Source: Octopus sinensis (Eukaryota). From it: a DNA stretch of 64,000 bases. Positions 11,623-24,895 of the stretch are shown piece after piece. Both the position numbers and the translations under genes were made by a program. The notes beneath the pieces are model-generated. The model was not told the DNA's origin, made no database searches, and saw nothing but the letters and a program-made list of their open reading frames with translations. The first letter of the stretch is position 1. Every line of letters begins with the position of its first letter. The stretch covers positions 25,978,001 to 26,042,000 of the forward strand of contig NC_042999.1 of the NCBI RefSeq assembly GCF_006345805.1. The letters run 5' to 3'.

Positions 11623-12038
11623 CTTTCAGAAATATCATTTGAATGAATTAAAAGTAACAATAGATTTAAAGTGAGGAATAGACAATTGAATGTTTATTGA
11701 TAAATACATATATAACACTCACACATACACACACAAACACACACACACATACACATATATGTATATATATATATGCACACTCATATATATCTAAATATAA
11801 ATACATATATATATACATATATATATATATAAATATACATGTACACACACATATATATATAGTCACATATATATATAACAAACACACATATATATATATA
11901 TATACACACACATACACACATAAGTGTACAAATATAAATCTGTATGTATGTATGTATAGATATATATGTATATATTTATATTTTTTTAATAAATATACAT
12001 ATATATAGATACGTGCATATATATACATACATACATAT

Positions 12039-12126
<88 letters not shown>

Positions 12127-12200
12127 TTTATCAGACAGTGGATTGACATGAATATCTTTGCAAACAAAATTGGATATAGATACACCCATACACACATAGA
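11570..12200. repeat. Compound (TA)n/(CA)n/(TACA)n microsatellite region
   Basis: Direct reading. Confidence 0.85.
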
Positions 12201-12944
12201 CACAGACACACTTTCAACAATCTCTTTGACTCGATGATAATTATCTTGAGACAAACACATTCCACATATATTTCAAGTATTTATCCTGCAAGATAATATA
12301 TTTTGGTATTCAATAAAATAAAATTTCAAAGTGCTTTTATTTTAATAAATATTTACAAAAAACACAGTAATAGCTTAATTTATTTGTTTATTACACATGA
12401 TTAACTATGAAAGGCTAACAAAAAGAAATATTTTATCTCAAGTTGTTCAATGTCTCTCAGAATTATGAATGGAAACTGGGTAAATAATATATATATATAT
12501 ATATATATCGGAACTAGTGCTGTTCATTTACACATGAATGATGACATCCTTGATATATTATTTCGGAGTTCAATCAATTTTCAATTTTATAATTTCTATC
12601 CGTGAAAATATTAATGAATAATATTTAATCACAATCAAAATCTTTCTGCATTAATACAGTTTAAAAAATGTTTATTCGTTTCATCGAGTGTCTTTTATTT
12701 GTTTAAGTTATTGGAGTGCGGTTATATTTACTGAAATGCCACCTTCCCTTCTTTATGATGATGATGTTAACATTTTAAATTATTTTCAGGAGAGCTGGAA
12801 TTTAATAGGATAGAAAAACCAGCCGCGACCACACCATTGCATTGTGAGCCTTTGTACATGTTTAGTAATCTGAAACTGCTTGTGTCTTGGATGTGGTTAA
12901 ATGTTGATGCACTTGACCCACAGAAGCCTGTTGCATATCCACCT

Positions 12945-12964
12945 CACTCTCTCTCTCTATATAT

Positions 12965-13007
<43 letters not shown>

Positions 13008-13043
13008 ATATAATATATATATATATACATATATATATATATT

Positions 13044-13078
<35 letters not shown>

Positions 13079-13194
13079 TATATAATATATATATATGTAT
13101 ATATATATATATTATATATATATATATATATATATTATATTATATATATAATATATAATATATATATATATATAATATATTTATATATATTATA

Positions 13195-13225
<31 letters not shown>
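12945..13225. repeat. (CT)n plus long imperfect (TA)n
   Basis: Direct reading; frequent single-base phase shifts. Confidence 0.95.
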
Positions 13226-13379
13226 TGGTAAAAACAGTAAGATGACAAAAGAGAGAAAGAGACTTCAATATTATGTAAATAGAGGAAATTTAAATAATGA
13301 AAAAATTAATGAATTATATTTAATCACAATCAGAGTTTTATCTTGGCTATTGAATAATTGTCACATATTACTTTACAGA

Positions 13380-13381
<2 letters not shown>
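13226..13381 (-). mobile_element. Probable Penelope-like 3' end fragment between two (TA)n tracts
   Basis: Minus strand ...gataaaactctgattgtgattaaatataattcattaatttt...ttttaccaa|(ta)n; shares ttaatgaat.atatttaatcacaatca with 12611-12638; flanked by (TA)n like the other PLE-type ends. Confidence 0.35.
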
Positions 13382-13442
<61 letters not shown>

Positions 13443-14404
13443 TTATATATATACATAAATATATATATATATATGTATATATAAAATATGTATGTATATA
13501 AATGTCTATGTATATGGCATAAACAGGCTTAAATAATAGTATTTACCTTCAGCCCTACAACTCTTAGTTCTATAAGCTCTTGTTATAATTCAACTCATTT
13601 CTCTCCTCATTTCCATTCTCCTTACTCTTGACTTTGCCTATTTCTCCTCATGTCATTACTCTTTCTTTCGTCCTTCTTGCACTGTTTCTACTAACATTTT
13701 TTATTCAGTATGAAGTCACGAGTTCTTACCGTCCTTATCAGTTGCAGCCAATTTTTAGAAGACTATAAAACTATCCAGTTTCTCACGAATTTCTCTTCTT
13801 TCAACTTTTCTCCTGTAAAAACATTGTCACCGAAACTATGATTTTTTCCAATTTTCAGGGCAAATTCACAGTAATCTTTCTATCAATTTTGCTACATACA
13901 CGTATATATATGTGTATCTATGAATATATACACACATATATATATATATATACATATGGACTTATATATATATTAAAACACACATCCATATACCTATATG
14001 TATATATTATATATATATATATATCTCGAGAGAGATAAAAAGATAGAAAACGGCAGAGAGAGAGGGAGAGGAACGGTGATGCACGTATATTACACATGTG
14101 TAAATATATATGTGTTGAGGGTGAATGAGCAAAGAACTAACCTGATATTTTTGTGTTGAAAATAGTCGGTGAATATCTGTAATACTGATACATTTCTGAG
14201 GTCACTTCACGATTTCATTTGCGATTGGTTTACTGGAAAAGAGATGAAATACATCGGTATTAAATACATCAAAAGAAGTGTTGATGATTTGATAAAATTA
14301 CCAACATTACTAAGACCACCACCATTTCATTCGAAAATATATATTTGAATAAGAGCCAAGAGCATAGACACATTATTGCAAGATGTTTAGATACGGTATA
14401 GGGT

Positions 14405-14409
14405 TAATA

Positions 14410-14460
<51 letters not shown>

Positions 14461-14664
14461 TATATATATATACATATGTATACATATATATATATGCATA
14501 TGTATCCTCTCATATACATACACACGCATATACATTCATACTTACCTATGTACATTCATTCATACATATACATATATATATGTATATATGTATCTGTCTA
14601 TCTATCTATTTTTTCTATGTATCTATCTTTCTATCTATCTCTATATATGTATGTATGCATGTAT

Positions 14665-14710
<46 letters not shown>

Positions 14711-14715
14711 TACAT
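14405..14715. repeat. Compound (TA)n/(CA)n/(TATC)n microsatellite
   Basis: Direct reading. Confidence 0.9.
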
Positions 14716-15414
14716 ATCAAGAAAGTAGTAAGTGTAAGTTTTTGAAGAAAGGAACTCTAATCTACACACATAATGACCGAAATTCTGTTTGTTACTTGGT
14801 AAAAACCGGTTAAAAAAGTGTGTTAAACTTTGCCACATTCTGAAACGGATGGGAAAGCAGTTTCTGTTCAGTACATATTTGAATCCGTTCTCTCCATATC
14901 CATATTTATCACCCCTTTTCTGAAACAAGCGCAAACCCAAACGTAACTTTTGTACGAACAAATTAGTCTTCTGTAGTCAGTGATTTATATTATGTCATAA
15001 TCTGTGATCCATGGAAACGTTAGTTACAGCATTTTAGGAAACAAATCACTGATTTACTGTGTTTTTAACTGGCCCATCTTTAATAACAATACCTTACGTG
15101 ATGGATATCAAGTTAGTGAAAGGACTCCTTTTTAAAAGATCTGGTTTTCGCTATTCCGTGTGTAGTCTTTGGTACAGTTAGGTATAATTGAAAAAGGAGA
15201 AATGACTTCACTGGTAGTTCTAATCAATGTAACTTTCTAATAAGCAAATCTTGCTGTTTGCTTCTTAGATCTAGTAAGTTCTTTCTTAACTTTGGTGGGG
15301 AAACTTTATTTAAAATTTCCTTTTAACTTTTCTGGAGATTTTTTCCTCGCCATCGTCGGTGGTGATTTTCAAACCGACCTCAGGTAGTGTTGTGCTGTGT
15401 GATTATATATATAT

Positions 15415-15575
15415 AACAAAAGACGAAGACAGATGGCGTACAAAACAAACAGATGTATTAGTATAATGCTCAGGAATAGAAAAAGTCTTTTACGTTTCGA
15501 GCCTACGCTCTTCTACAGAAAGGTACACAAAAAAACAAGGAGATAAACAAGGAGAGAAAAAAATGTGTGTAGTGG
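15415..15575 (-). mobile_element. Penelope-like element terminal (pLTR) fragment, family P1
   Basis: Near-identical to 23938-24128 and related to 57170-57362; contains a hammerhead-like motif; 3' end abuts (TA)n. Confidence 0.7.
15487..15522 (-). ncRNA. Minimal hammerhead-ribozyme-like motif (A6U core variant)
   Basis: RNA: cuuu-CUGUAGA-a-gagc-guag-gcuc-GAA-acgu-A-aaag: 4-bp stem I, 4-bp stem II, palindromic ACGU stem III, GUA triplet. Confidence 0.55.
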
Positions 15576-15990
15576 GTAGAACATAAGAGATTTGGGTGTA
15601 TCTGGTCTGGGGTTGGGGTTTGTTAGTAAGTGTGGGAGTGAAGGAGTGTTTATGAGCAAGTGCTGAAAGAAAATAGTGAATGGTAAATTCAAGATAATTG
15701 ATTGAGGGTTGAGTATGCAGTAAATAATATACATATATATGCGTTTTATGTGTGTGTGCACAGATGCCACTTGCAAGTGTTGCATGCGATGGTACAATAT
15801 ATGTTCGTGTGCGTTTGTGTTCGTGCGAGTTATGTGTTTGTGAGGTAGTGATTCGAACAGGTTAGTAAAACCAGTGACGTTTAACAGAAGGTAAACACGC
15901 GTACATGCAAACATACATGTACACACACACATACGCACATGCATACATACACATGTACATGCAAATACACATAACATGCATGTATATATA

Positions 15991-17221
15991 CAGGGGTTGG
16001 ACAAAATAATGGAAACACCTAGTATCATAGCATCAAAATTTTGAAATATCTATAAAAACGTCAAAATCTTTTCATTTTTATGTTTTTTGATTTATTATTA
16101 ATTTTGTTTAATATGCTTTGCTAAATTTGCTGTTTCTTTTCAGACACCATCAGAAAAGGGTAATGGAAATTCATTAACTTGACAGATATATAGGACTTTC
16201 AAAGAGGTCAAACTGTTGGTACTCGTATGTCAGACGCTAGCATAACGAAAACAGCCGAAATGCTTGTTATATCAACAAGTACTGTCTAGAAAATAATGAC
16301 AGCATTTGAGAAAGAGAGAAAAAGCTCCTCGTCGTAACAAAATTCCGGAAGAAATCAAAAACTTTCAGATAGGGACCGTCGGACTATTACGCGAATTGTT
16401 AGAAAGGATAACAAAAATACACCTCCCAGAATTACTGCAGAGCTTAACGACCACCGCGAGAATCCAGTTTCCAGAAAAACTGTTCGCCGGGAGCTGCACA
16501 AAGCTGGATTTCATGTAAGGGCTGCAATCAGAAAAACCACTACTTTCAAAAACAAAAGTTGTAAAGCGTTTAGAGTGGAGTAAAAACCTACAGAATGTTC
16601 TCTAGAGCAATGGAAGTATGTTATTTTTCTCGGACCAGTCATCCTTTACCTTATTTCCGACCACCGTCCGAGTATACGTGTGGAGACAGCCAAAGGAAGC
16701 AATTGATCCAGACTGCATTATTCCAACTGTTAAAAATGGATGATCTGGGGATCCTATATTTTGGAAATCCACCGGCCCAATAGTTTCCCTTCATGGCAAA
16801 ATTAATAGTCATGACCAAATTCATCCTGTTGTGGTGGAATAGTTTCCTTCACAATCTCTCAGGATGGTAATGCACCAATTCACACAGCTGAAGTTGTTAT
16901 TGAATGGCACGCGAAAGATACTAGTGAAGTTGAACATCTTATCTGGCGACCACAGTCCCCAGATCCCAATGTTATTGAACATTTATTGTGCATTTAGAAA
17001 AATAAATAAGGAGTCGATATCCTTCACCATCATCACTACAAGAACTAGAGACTGTTTTAGCTGAAGAATGGACAAAAATTCCTTTGGAAACAATCGAAAC
17101 TTTGTACGAGTCTATACCACCTAGAATTCAAGCTGTAATTACTTCCAAAGGCGGTCCTACCCCATATTAAAATAAATTTGTTTGAAATTTTAGTGTTTCC
17201 ATTATTTTGTTTCAACCCCTT
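15991..17221 (+). mobile_element. Tc1-family DNA transposon relic, both TIRs present, decayed transposase (~16190-17170)
   Basis: TIR caggggttggacaaaataatggaaacac / gtgtttccattattttgtttcaacccct; TA at 15989-90 and 17222-23; peptides DFQRGQTVG, GRNQKLSDRDRR, TVRRELHKAGF, QWKYVIFSDQSSF, QDGNAPIHTA, WRPQSPDPNVIEH, KGGPTPY*. Confidence 0.95.
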
Positions 17222-19187
17222 TACATACATATAAAATTCATAACATATTTCTATATACGGTCATATTTTTAATATACTTTGATAAATACTTGAATAAGTT
17301 CTGTCACCTAAACTATGCATTTTGTGTCACTTTTCATAACTGTCTAGGACTGTAAGAACAAATGCTATTATATGCTCTTACGCATATAAGAAAATAAAGA
17401 AAACAGCAGATGAAAATATATGTACTAAGGCGAATCGGGGCGTAGATTTTCACTGATAAATTTATTTTCTGTCTTGTGCAATTTATGATCCAACATCTTA
17501 ATTATATTCAAGTAACTACAATTAGCTCATTTAATGCAGTGTGTATTAAAATTTTAGACAGAAACACTCATGATGTGAGTACTATATGCCCTTTTCAGTT
17601 AAGCATCACTATACTTGCTTAAGTAGTGATGAGAAAAATCTAATATAAATTATCGTTCAAATGTTGACATGAGATCGCCTTAAATTATTTATAATAATTC
17701 ATAATAATTTGACTATTACTTGTTATAAGATGACGTCATTGAGTAATTATTCTTTGCAATTTATTCTCTAAAATGTATAAGGTATATGTGTGATATTAGT
17801 AATTATTAAATACATTTGTTAATTGCTAATAGATTTTTCAATGAGTTTTATTTTCGCCAACACTTCTGTTTAATCTGTTTGATTTCTGTATTTCATAAGA
17901 TCGATAAAATATTAGTTGTTGTTTATGAGATTAGATAATTTATTCTCCGCTGAATGAAGATTACAAGATATCTTTCCGTGATGATATTGACTGCTTGCAG
18001 TAGAATGACTTTGTTGGGAGGGGATGGCGCATTCACACGTATAATTAATATTGTGCATATTAGTATTTCATAATGGTTTAAAATTTTGGCACAAGGCCAA
18101 CAGTTTCGGTCGAGAGCTAAGTCGATTTAACGGAACCATGAATATCTTTAGTTTATGAAACTAAGCTTCTTGCTACCATCGATGTATAAGAATGTCCTTT
18201 TGTTATCGTAGCAACATTGTAATAGAAATATAGGTTTCTGTTTTGATATTCAACTTTTCCTTCTTCAAACTCATCAATATGGGCCCTCCTCTGTTTCTTG
18301 GTTTGAATTATTGTTGTTTCATTCTACATCATCATATAACAAATATTTACATATGTTAATCCACATATTAATAATTGTAAATGTCTAACTCTTATGCATA
18401 AGAATGCTAATTAACAAAACTCACACTAAACGGAAGGAAAGAATAAATGGTCTTTGACTGTAACGTTGGTAATAATTTTAAGTATAGTTCTTGAAAAATA
18501 CTGATTAATTACAAACTTGCTTCTTCTAAACGTATTCTAATGAGATTATTTACGGTAGGCGTTCTGTTAAAATTCTTTAACATTTGCTTCAGTCTTATCT
18601 AGAATATTTTATTTGATGCTAAAATAAAATAATTTACATAGCGAATTTTATTTGCATGCCTCAATGAATCTTAGGCCTGCGGGCATTACTACAGATAAAT
18701 AATATATCTGTAATGCATCCATGCGTTCAAATCTTTTAGAGCAAAATACAAAAACTAATAAAGAATGAAGTGTAATATTTTGTGTTTGGGTAAGATACGT
18801 AGGAGACATCACCTTGAAGAAGTTCTTCCTCTATATAAATCTCTCAAAAATAGGAAACAATGTATAATATGAGATTAAAGACAACGTATAATGCAGTACA
18901 ATTTCTGTAATCAATTAATTATTTTCTGTAAGAAGAGAAAATCATTAACTATTAGATGTCAATCATATGAATTTAAATACGTTTGTCTAGATATACAAGC
19001 AACATGATATTTTAAAATATCCTTTGCATCTTAATAAATGAGTTCTTAATAATAACACTATATTGATATCTAAGAGAAGCAGAATAACAAACATATCAGG
19101 TGGTATGAACAAACAGTATAACCAACAGCAATACCTCAATGCACTTTCAGAAAAGTATGTAATCCAATTAAAGAAATACACATGTAT

Positions 19188-19425
19188 ATACCTATTTCTT
19201 TACTAACCCAGAAGTGGCTAAACACAGAGAGGACAAACGAGGACAGACAAACGGATTAAGTCGATTACATCGACCCCAGTGCGTAACTGGTACTTATTTA
19301 ATCGATCCCGAAAGGATGAAAGGCAAACTCGACCTCGGCGGAACTTGAACTCTGAACGTAGCGGTAGACGAAATACCGCAGAGCATTTCGCCCGGCGTGC
19401 TAACGTTTCTGCCAGCTCGCCACCT
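19188..19425 (-). mobile_element. SINE family A monomer
   Basis: Reverse complement of the family A consensus from ggcgagctggcagaaacgttagc to aaagaaataggtat. Confidence 0.9.
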
Positions 19426-20489
19426 GCCAGCGGTATATATTATTGGTAGACTCGAGTTCAATGGTAGACTCATTAGAATCTACACTCCAACTCTTGTAAT
19501 TTTACCATCCACCACTCATTAAATATGTAAGAATATTGAAGTTTACTTTAACGATTTTAAGATTAACTAAAACAGAAATTTTACTGCTGGGTTTGTAAGA
19601 ATCAGCGAAATATTGTCTCTTTTGCTTCTTAGTAGATTGCATCAAGTCAAACAGTAAACACACTGAAATAGTTACATTACCTAAATAAGTTTCAGACAAT
19701 ATTTATAAATTGAAATGTCAACAAAGTGTCAATCACATATTCCGGTTTCATGAAATAGTCACTCGTATCAAATTGACGTTTAACAAGTATAAGAAACCAT
19801 GATATAGTTTCCATTTCAACATTTGACTAAAAAATATGTATATATTAATTTTATTCTGAAAATATAGATAAATATAGTCGTATGGGTTTAGCTGTTATCC
19901 AAGAAAAACATTGAAAGTATTTCAAATATGTAAGATGAAGATTTGGAAGATACATTAACAAATGTGACAGCTGTCTTTCATGTAATCTGAAGATTGCAAT
20001 GATGGATGAGCTATAATATCTGTTATATTTATAATTCGGTTTATCCTATTATGTTAGCAATCAATAAATACGAGTTAAGTGCAAATATTTGCTGAAAATT
20101 TCAAATGAGTTTTTGTGATGGTTGGTTTTCAACTGGTTGGAAATATGTATACACTCACTGCTGTTTGCCGATCTTTCTTTGTGTGCAGCTCTTTCAATTT
20201 CACCCACGTTATTCCTTATCCGCTATTCTCTCTACCTAGCTCTCTCTCTCTCTCCAATAGAAATCAACGTGTGCATCACATGCTTAACATATGTATATGG
20301 TTTTAACAAAATAACACTAATGTTGCGAGTTCGTTAAATTTTTTTATCACATAGACGATGGTGACAACTGTGAAATACTTAAATTCTTTAAATAATAAAA
20401 TATGCGTATTGAATAGATTTGAGTGAGTTATGTACAAATTGAGATGTATTCTTGTATGCTTTTGCGCACACACTGTCATGCACAAACAC

Positions 20490-20518
20490 ATAGACACACA
20501 CACATGTATGTACGGCAA

Positions 20519-20568
<50 letters not shown>

Positions 20569-20591
20569 TATATATACATATGAATATGCGT

Positions 20592-20664
<73 letters not shown>

Positions 20665-20900
20665 ATATGTGTATACATGTATGGATATATATATATATAT
20701 TTGTATGTATATATACGTATCTATATGCGTGTGTGTGTATATATACAGCAGTGTCGGACTCACTCCTTGCATATATACATACATATATATGTATATATAT
20801 ATATATAATATATATATATATATATGTGTGTGTGTCTGTGTGTCTGTGTGTGTGTGCGTGTGTACATATATGGGCGTGTACTTGTATTTATGTACATATG
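20490..20900. repeat. Compound (TA)n/(TG)n microsatellite
   Basis: Direct reading. Confidence 0.9.
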
Positions 20901-22795
20901 TAGGTAGTAACATAGGTAGGTAGGTAATTATGTATGTATACTCGATGAGATTTAGTGCAGTACCCATTTATCAAATTCCATTCTGCATCTATTGGCAGAC
21001 AACACAAAATTGTTTGACAATAAACCACTGTTGGTATTGAACGCAGCCCTTGATTCTAACTTATGAACCAAATAATCTATCCTTACTATACACTTATGTA
21101 ACACTTTAACATTGAGATCACCCTGTCAAATGTAATACTTAAGTATTGACATTATCTTGAATTAACCATGTATTATCTCCCAGCCTCGATATTTCCAAGA
21201 TGTAATTGTTTATTTTATGGAATGATATTGTAGAAAGGTGCGAGAGACCGGCTCGTTTCAACATGAAGCACGAAGAATATTTAGGCCAGTACGAAGATTA
21301 CTTGGGCCAGTTTAAATGCTGAAGATTTATATAATGCAAGTCTTAATATAAAAATCCTGGTACCCCGTTTGCCTGTACCTAAACGTCAACCAAATCCCCC
21401 TCAAATGAAACAGGACTTTGAAACAGAAAACATGCTGAGTGCAAGTGGTTATATTATTCGATTTGCGATCATGTGTTTGATCTAATTATGTGCCATCGAT
21501 CCCTGTACAATAGCTCCGGATCGACAAGTGTTGAAGCCCTCGGATGGACTGTTTCCACATTTCACAGGCTCACATTTGCCTCAATAACGAATCCGATTAT
21601 CCCTTAGAATTATGTTAATGGAAGACGTGAATAACTTGCTGATTGATGAGTTGATCAATCAACAGAATGGTAATTGTAGAAACTGTTAGAGGATTCAACT
21701 TTTAAAATCAAGAAGTGAGATGAGTTCATGCTATTGATTATATTTCTGTTCAATCAAAGCTGACCTGTGATTAAAGAAAAGCAATAAAATCACTTTACCA
21801 TATTCATCACAATTGCATCCTAAGTTTAAATTTTGTTCCTGTTGATGATATTGTTTATCGCGCGGAGTTCGATTTAAAAACGGTACAGATCATACAATTG
21901 AGTCTATTCAATTATCTTCATTAGTCTACTGCTAACATGTGGTTTCGTTTAATTATCTCTGTCTGCGTGATTATCTACCAATAATTACGAGTGCTTCCTT
22001 TCATGGAAACATATATCATTGAAAATATCAATTCCTTTTCTTGCTCAAAATGCACTTGTCATACTCAAGTCATCGAGGGACCTGCATTTGCGTATAATGG
22101 AAATCTTGAAATTCTTGAATATGTGAATATATCAGTTGACAACTTGGAATCAATATCTACGAAGTTAAATCACAAAATTTATCAGAGTAAAGATAAAGAA
22201 TAACGATAAAAAAAAATTACCGAGGACATTTTTTGGCTGTAATAGCACACACACACACACTTACACACGCACACACACACACAAACACACACACGAATAC
22301 ACGCATACACACACATACCCTCAAGTTTGATCGATAAGTACCAATCGAGCCTTGAGGTTGATGCAAACGACAGACCTCCAAAAGCTTTCAGGTCATATTG
22401 CTGAGTGTAGAAAGAATTATTTTGCTGTCTCTATGTTTTGTGTTCAAATAATGCTGAGACCATTTAGCAGAAGACAATGATGCAGTGAGAGAACGATATT
22501 GATTAACACCCCAACTCAATATTACCGCCTTTTTTCTAAAGCGAAACCATTGCTTCCACACTTGTAGATTTAAAATGTTTTGTTGGACAAGAATATGGCG
22601 TGGTAAATGCACTGTGCATGTGTGTACGTTAATAGAAAGATTTCTTTACCTATCAATCTGTGTCCGTGTGTGTGCGTGTATTATGCAGGAACAAAGCACT
22701 TGCACGCACATGCGCAGACATATGTTGTAAGAGAATAATTCTAAAGTAAATATATGTACAGATTGAATACTAAATGTGTGCGATGTAACAATCCG

Positions 22796-22797
<2 letters not shown>

Positions 22798-22875
<78 letters not shown>

Positions 22876-22893
22876 TGTATATATATATATATA
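22798..22893. repeat. (CT)n(AT)n compound microsatellite
   Basis: Direct reading. Confidence 0.95.
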
Positions 22894-23892
22894 TTGGTGA
22901 ATTACCAACCTATCTAACCCACAAGCTTTGTGCAGATGATCAATTATAGAGCAGACTAGATAATCATTGAATTATATAACCGTGAGATAAAAGGCTGAGT
23001 GAAAACCGAAGCACACACTCGTTGAAGTATTACATTAGCTGAGAGAATAGTTCGTGAATGGGCATAAAAAGTATCGTTAATAGATCGCTCATTATGAACT
23101 GAAGTATACTTTGGCGCGATGCCAGCTATATTATCAATGATTGTGTACCGGTGTTTATAGCTTAATTGCATGCAGTGGCAGTTCGTTATTGCGCATTAGT
23201 GAGACCAACCAGCTGTAATATACGCCTGAAGGCAACTTTCTGCGCAATCTATGCCGTGCAGACACGAATGAATGCTTCGTTTCAGCCCGTTACTAAAGTA
23301 TGTGCGAGTTTGTGTATGTGAGTGGCTGTGTGTGTGTGTGTGCAATTTGTATGTGCATGTGGGTGTTTTTGTATACGTCTGGAATATATGTCTGAGTATG
23401 TGTGTTAGTGTGTGTGGCTATATGTGGCTAAGTGTGTGTTTAAACCAGTGCACGACGTATGGAAGAGAAAGCAATTTACATATACGTGTATGTGTCTCTC
23501 TCTCTATGCTTGTATACACACACACACACACACACTCACACACTCAATCAAATACGTAATAGATTATTGATCATTTGTGCGAAAAGATATGAAAATAATT
23601 TTTTTATAGAATTAAAGTTTGAAATAAAATTATCAAACGAAAATGATAACGAACTAAATTGTGCGAATTTATATGATGAATGTTTCTCTTTCGCATACAA
23701 TATAACTATACACATACGTGCTCTCCTAAGTTTTCTCATACCCGTATGGATAACATATTTATATGAAGGTACAACGAAATGTGAATTTGAACTTGAAGAA
23801 ATATTTAGGAAACCATATGGAAGAAAGTGTCAAAACCACAAGCGTACACACACAAACACACACACGCACATACCCACACACACACACGCACA

Positions 23893-23937
<45 letters not shown>

Positions 23938-23941
<4 letters not shown>

Positions 23942-24128
23942 GGAAAGTTTAGAAAAATAAATAAAAGACGAAGAGAGGTGGTGTACAAAACAAACAGATG
24001 TATTAGTATAGCGCTCAGGAATAGAAAAAGTCTTTTACGTTTCGAGCCTACGCTCTTCTACAGAAAGGGACACAGAAAAAACAAGGAGAGAAACAAGGAG
24101 AGAAAAAATGCGTGTAGTGGCTAACGAT
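23938..24128 (-). mobile_element. Penelope-like element terminal fragment, family P1
   Basis: Homologous to 15415-15575; 3' end abuts (TA)n at ~23896-23937. Confidence 0.7.
24032..24067 (-). ncRNA. Minimal hammerhead-ribozyme-like motif (A6U core variant)
   Basis: Identical 36-nt motif to 15487-15522: cttt ctgtaga a gagc gtag gctc gaa acgt a aaag. Confidence 0.55.
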
Positions 24129-24129
24129 C

Positions 24130-24895
24130 TAGGTTGCTGCAAAGGTAATGCCTGAATTTTTAGTAAACAGTTTTAGATAGAATTTTATTATGGCTAGTAT
24201 TGTTTTAAGAATATCACAATGAGTAATTCATACATTTTTCTTTCAGATTCTGATTGTATTGGCCATAATCTTCTGCTATATTTGCACCCATGTTCGTCCC
24301 ATCTAAATATCATATTGGACATGTCTTACCCTATGGGTTTCATAAAGATGTCAGTGCAAGCACGGCAGCAAAGTCTCTTCAGAGAATTAATGGCTATGAT
24401 GTAGTGAGGGAAATATGTTGCAGGAGATGTTTTACTCGTTTGAGAAGTGAGCTTTTAGTTTGAAAGACGAGTCAAAGAAGTTCGCCCAAAACAACTTGAT
24501 CCCGAGATGTTGGAAGTTGGTATCACAGAAAATCCAAACGCTACTTGTAGAGAACTTAACAGTTTAACGTAGCCCATACAAATGCTTTACGCCAGCTGAA
24601 AAGGGTCGGAAAGGTTTCAGTGCTTAGAAAATGGGTCCTGCGCGAACTCTCTCCGGAAAATCTGCAACAGCTTAAGAAACCATTTTTTTGGAAGGCAGGT
24701 GACGAGAAGTAAATCTTTTTCCATTACGTTAAGCGCCACCAATCGTGGATCAGTCGAGGAGGAAGACAGGTTCAACAACCAGGAGGAGGACTTCATCCAA
24801 GGAAGATCATGTTGAGTATATAGTGGGATATTGAAGGAATTGTCCATCACGAACTGCTAGACAACAATCAAGCAATTACTGCTGATGTCTACTGT
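24130..24895 (+). mobile_element. Mariner relic: left TIR plus transposase N-terminus to mid catalytic domain
   Basis: taggttgctgcaaaggtaatg resembles mariner TIR TTAGGTTGGTGCAAAAGTAAT; ATG at 24290 MFVPSKYHIGHVLPYGFHK...CRRCFTRLRS, RPKQLD, KWVLRELS, AGDEK*IF, LHPRKIMLSI*WDIEGIVHHELL...TADVYC. Confidence 0.85.

Noticed and set aside
12960-13225. Periodic single-base interruptions in (TA)n as a coded pattern
   Set aside because: Irregular, and typical of slippage or long-read consensus errors; the same caveat applies to some frameshifts in the transposons
20423-20967. ORFs of 157-166 aa and the many other YI/CV/HT-rich ORFs
   Set aside because: Dinucleotide microsatellites lack stops in some frames; spurious
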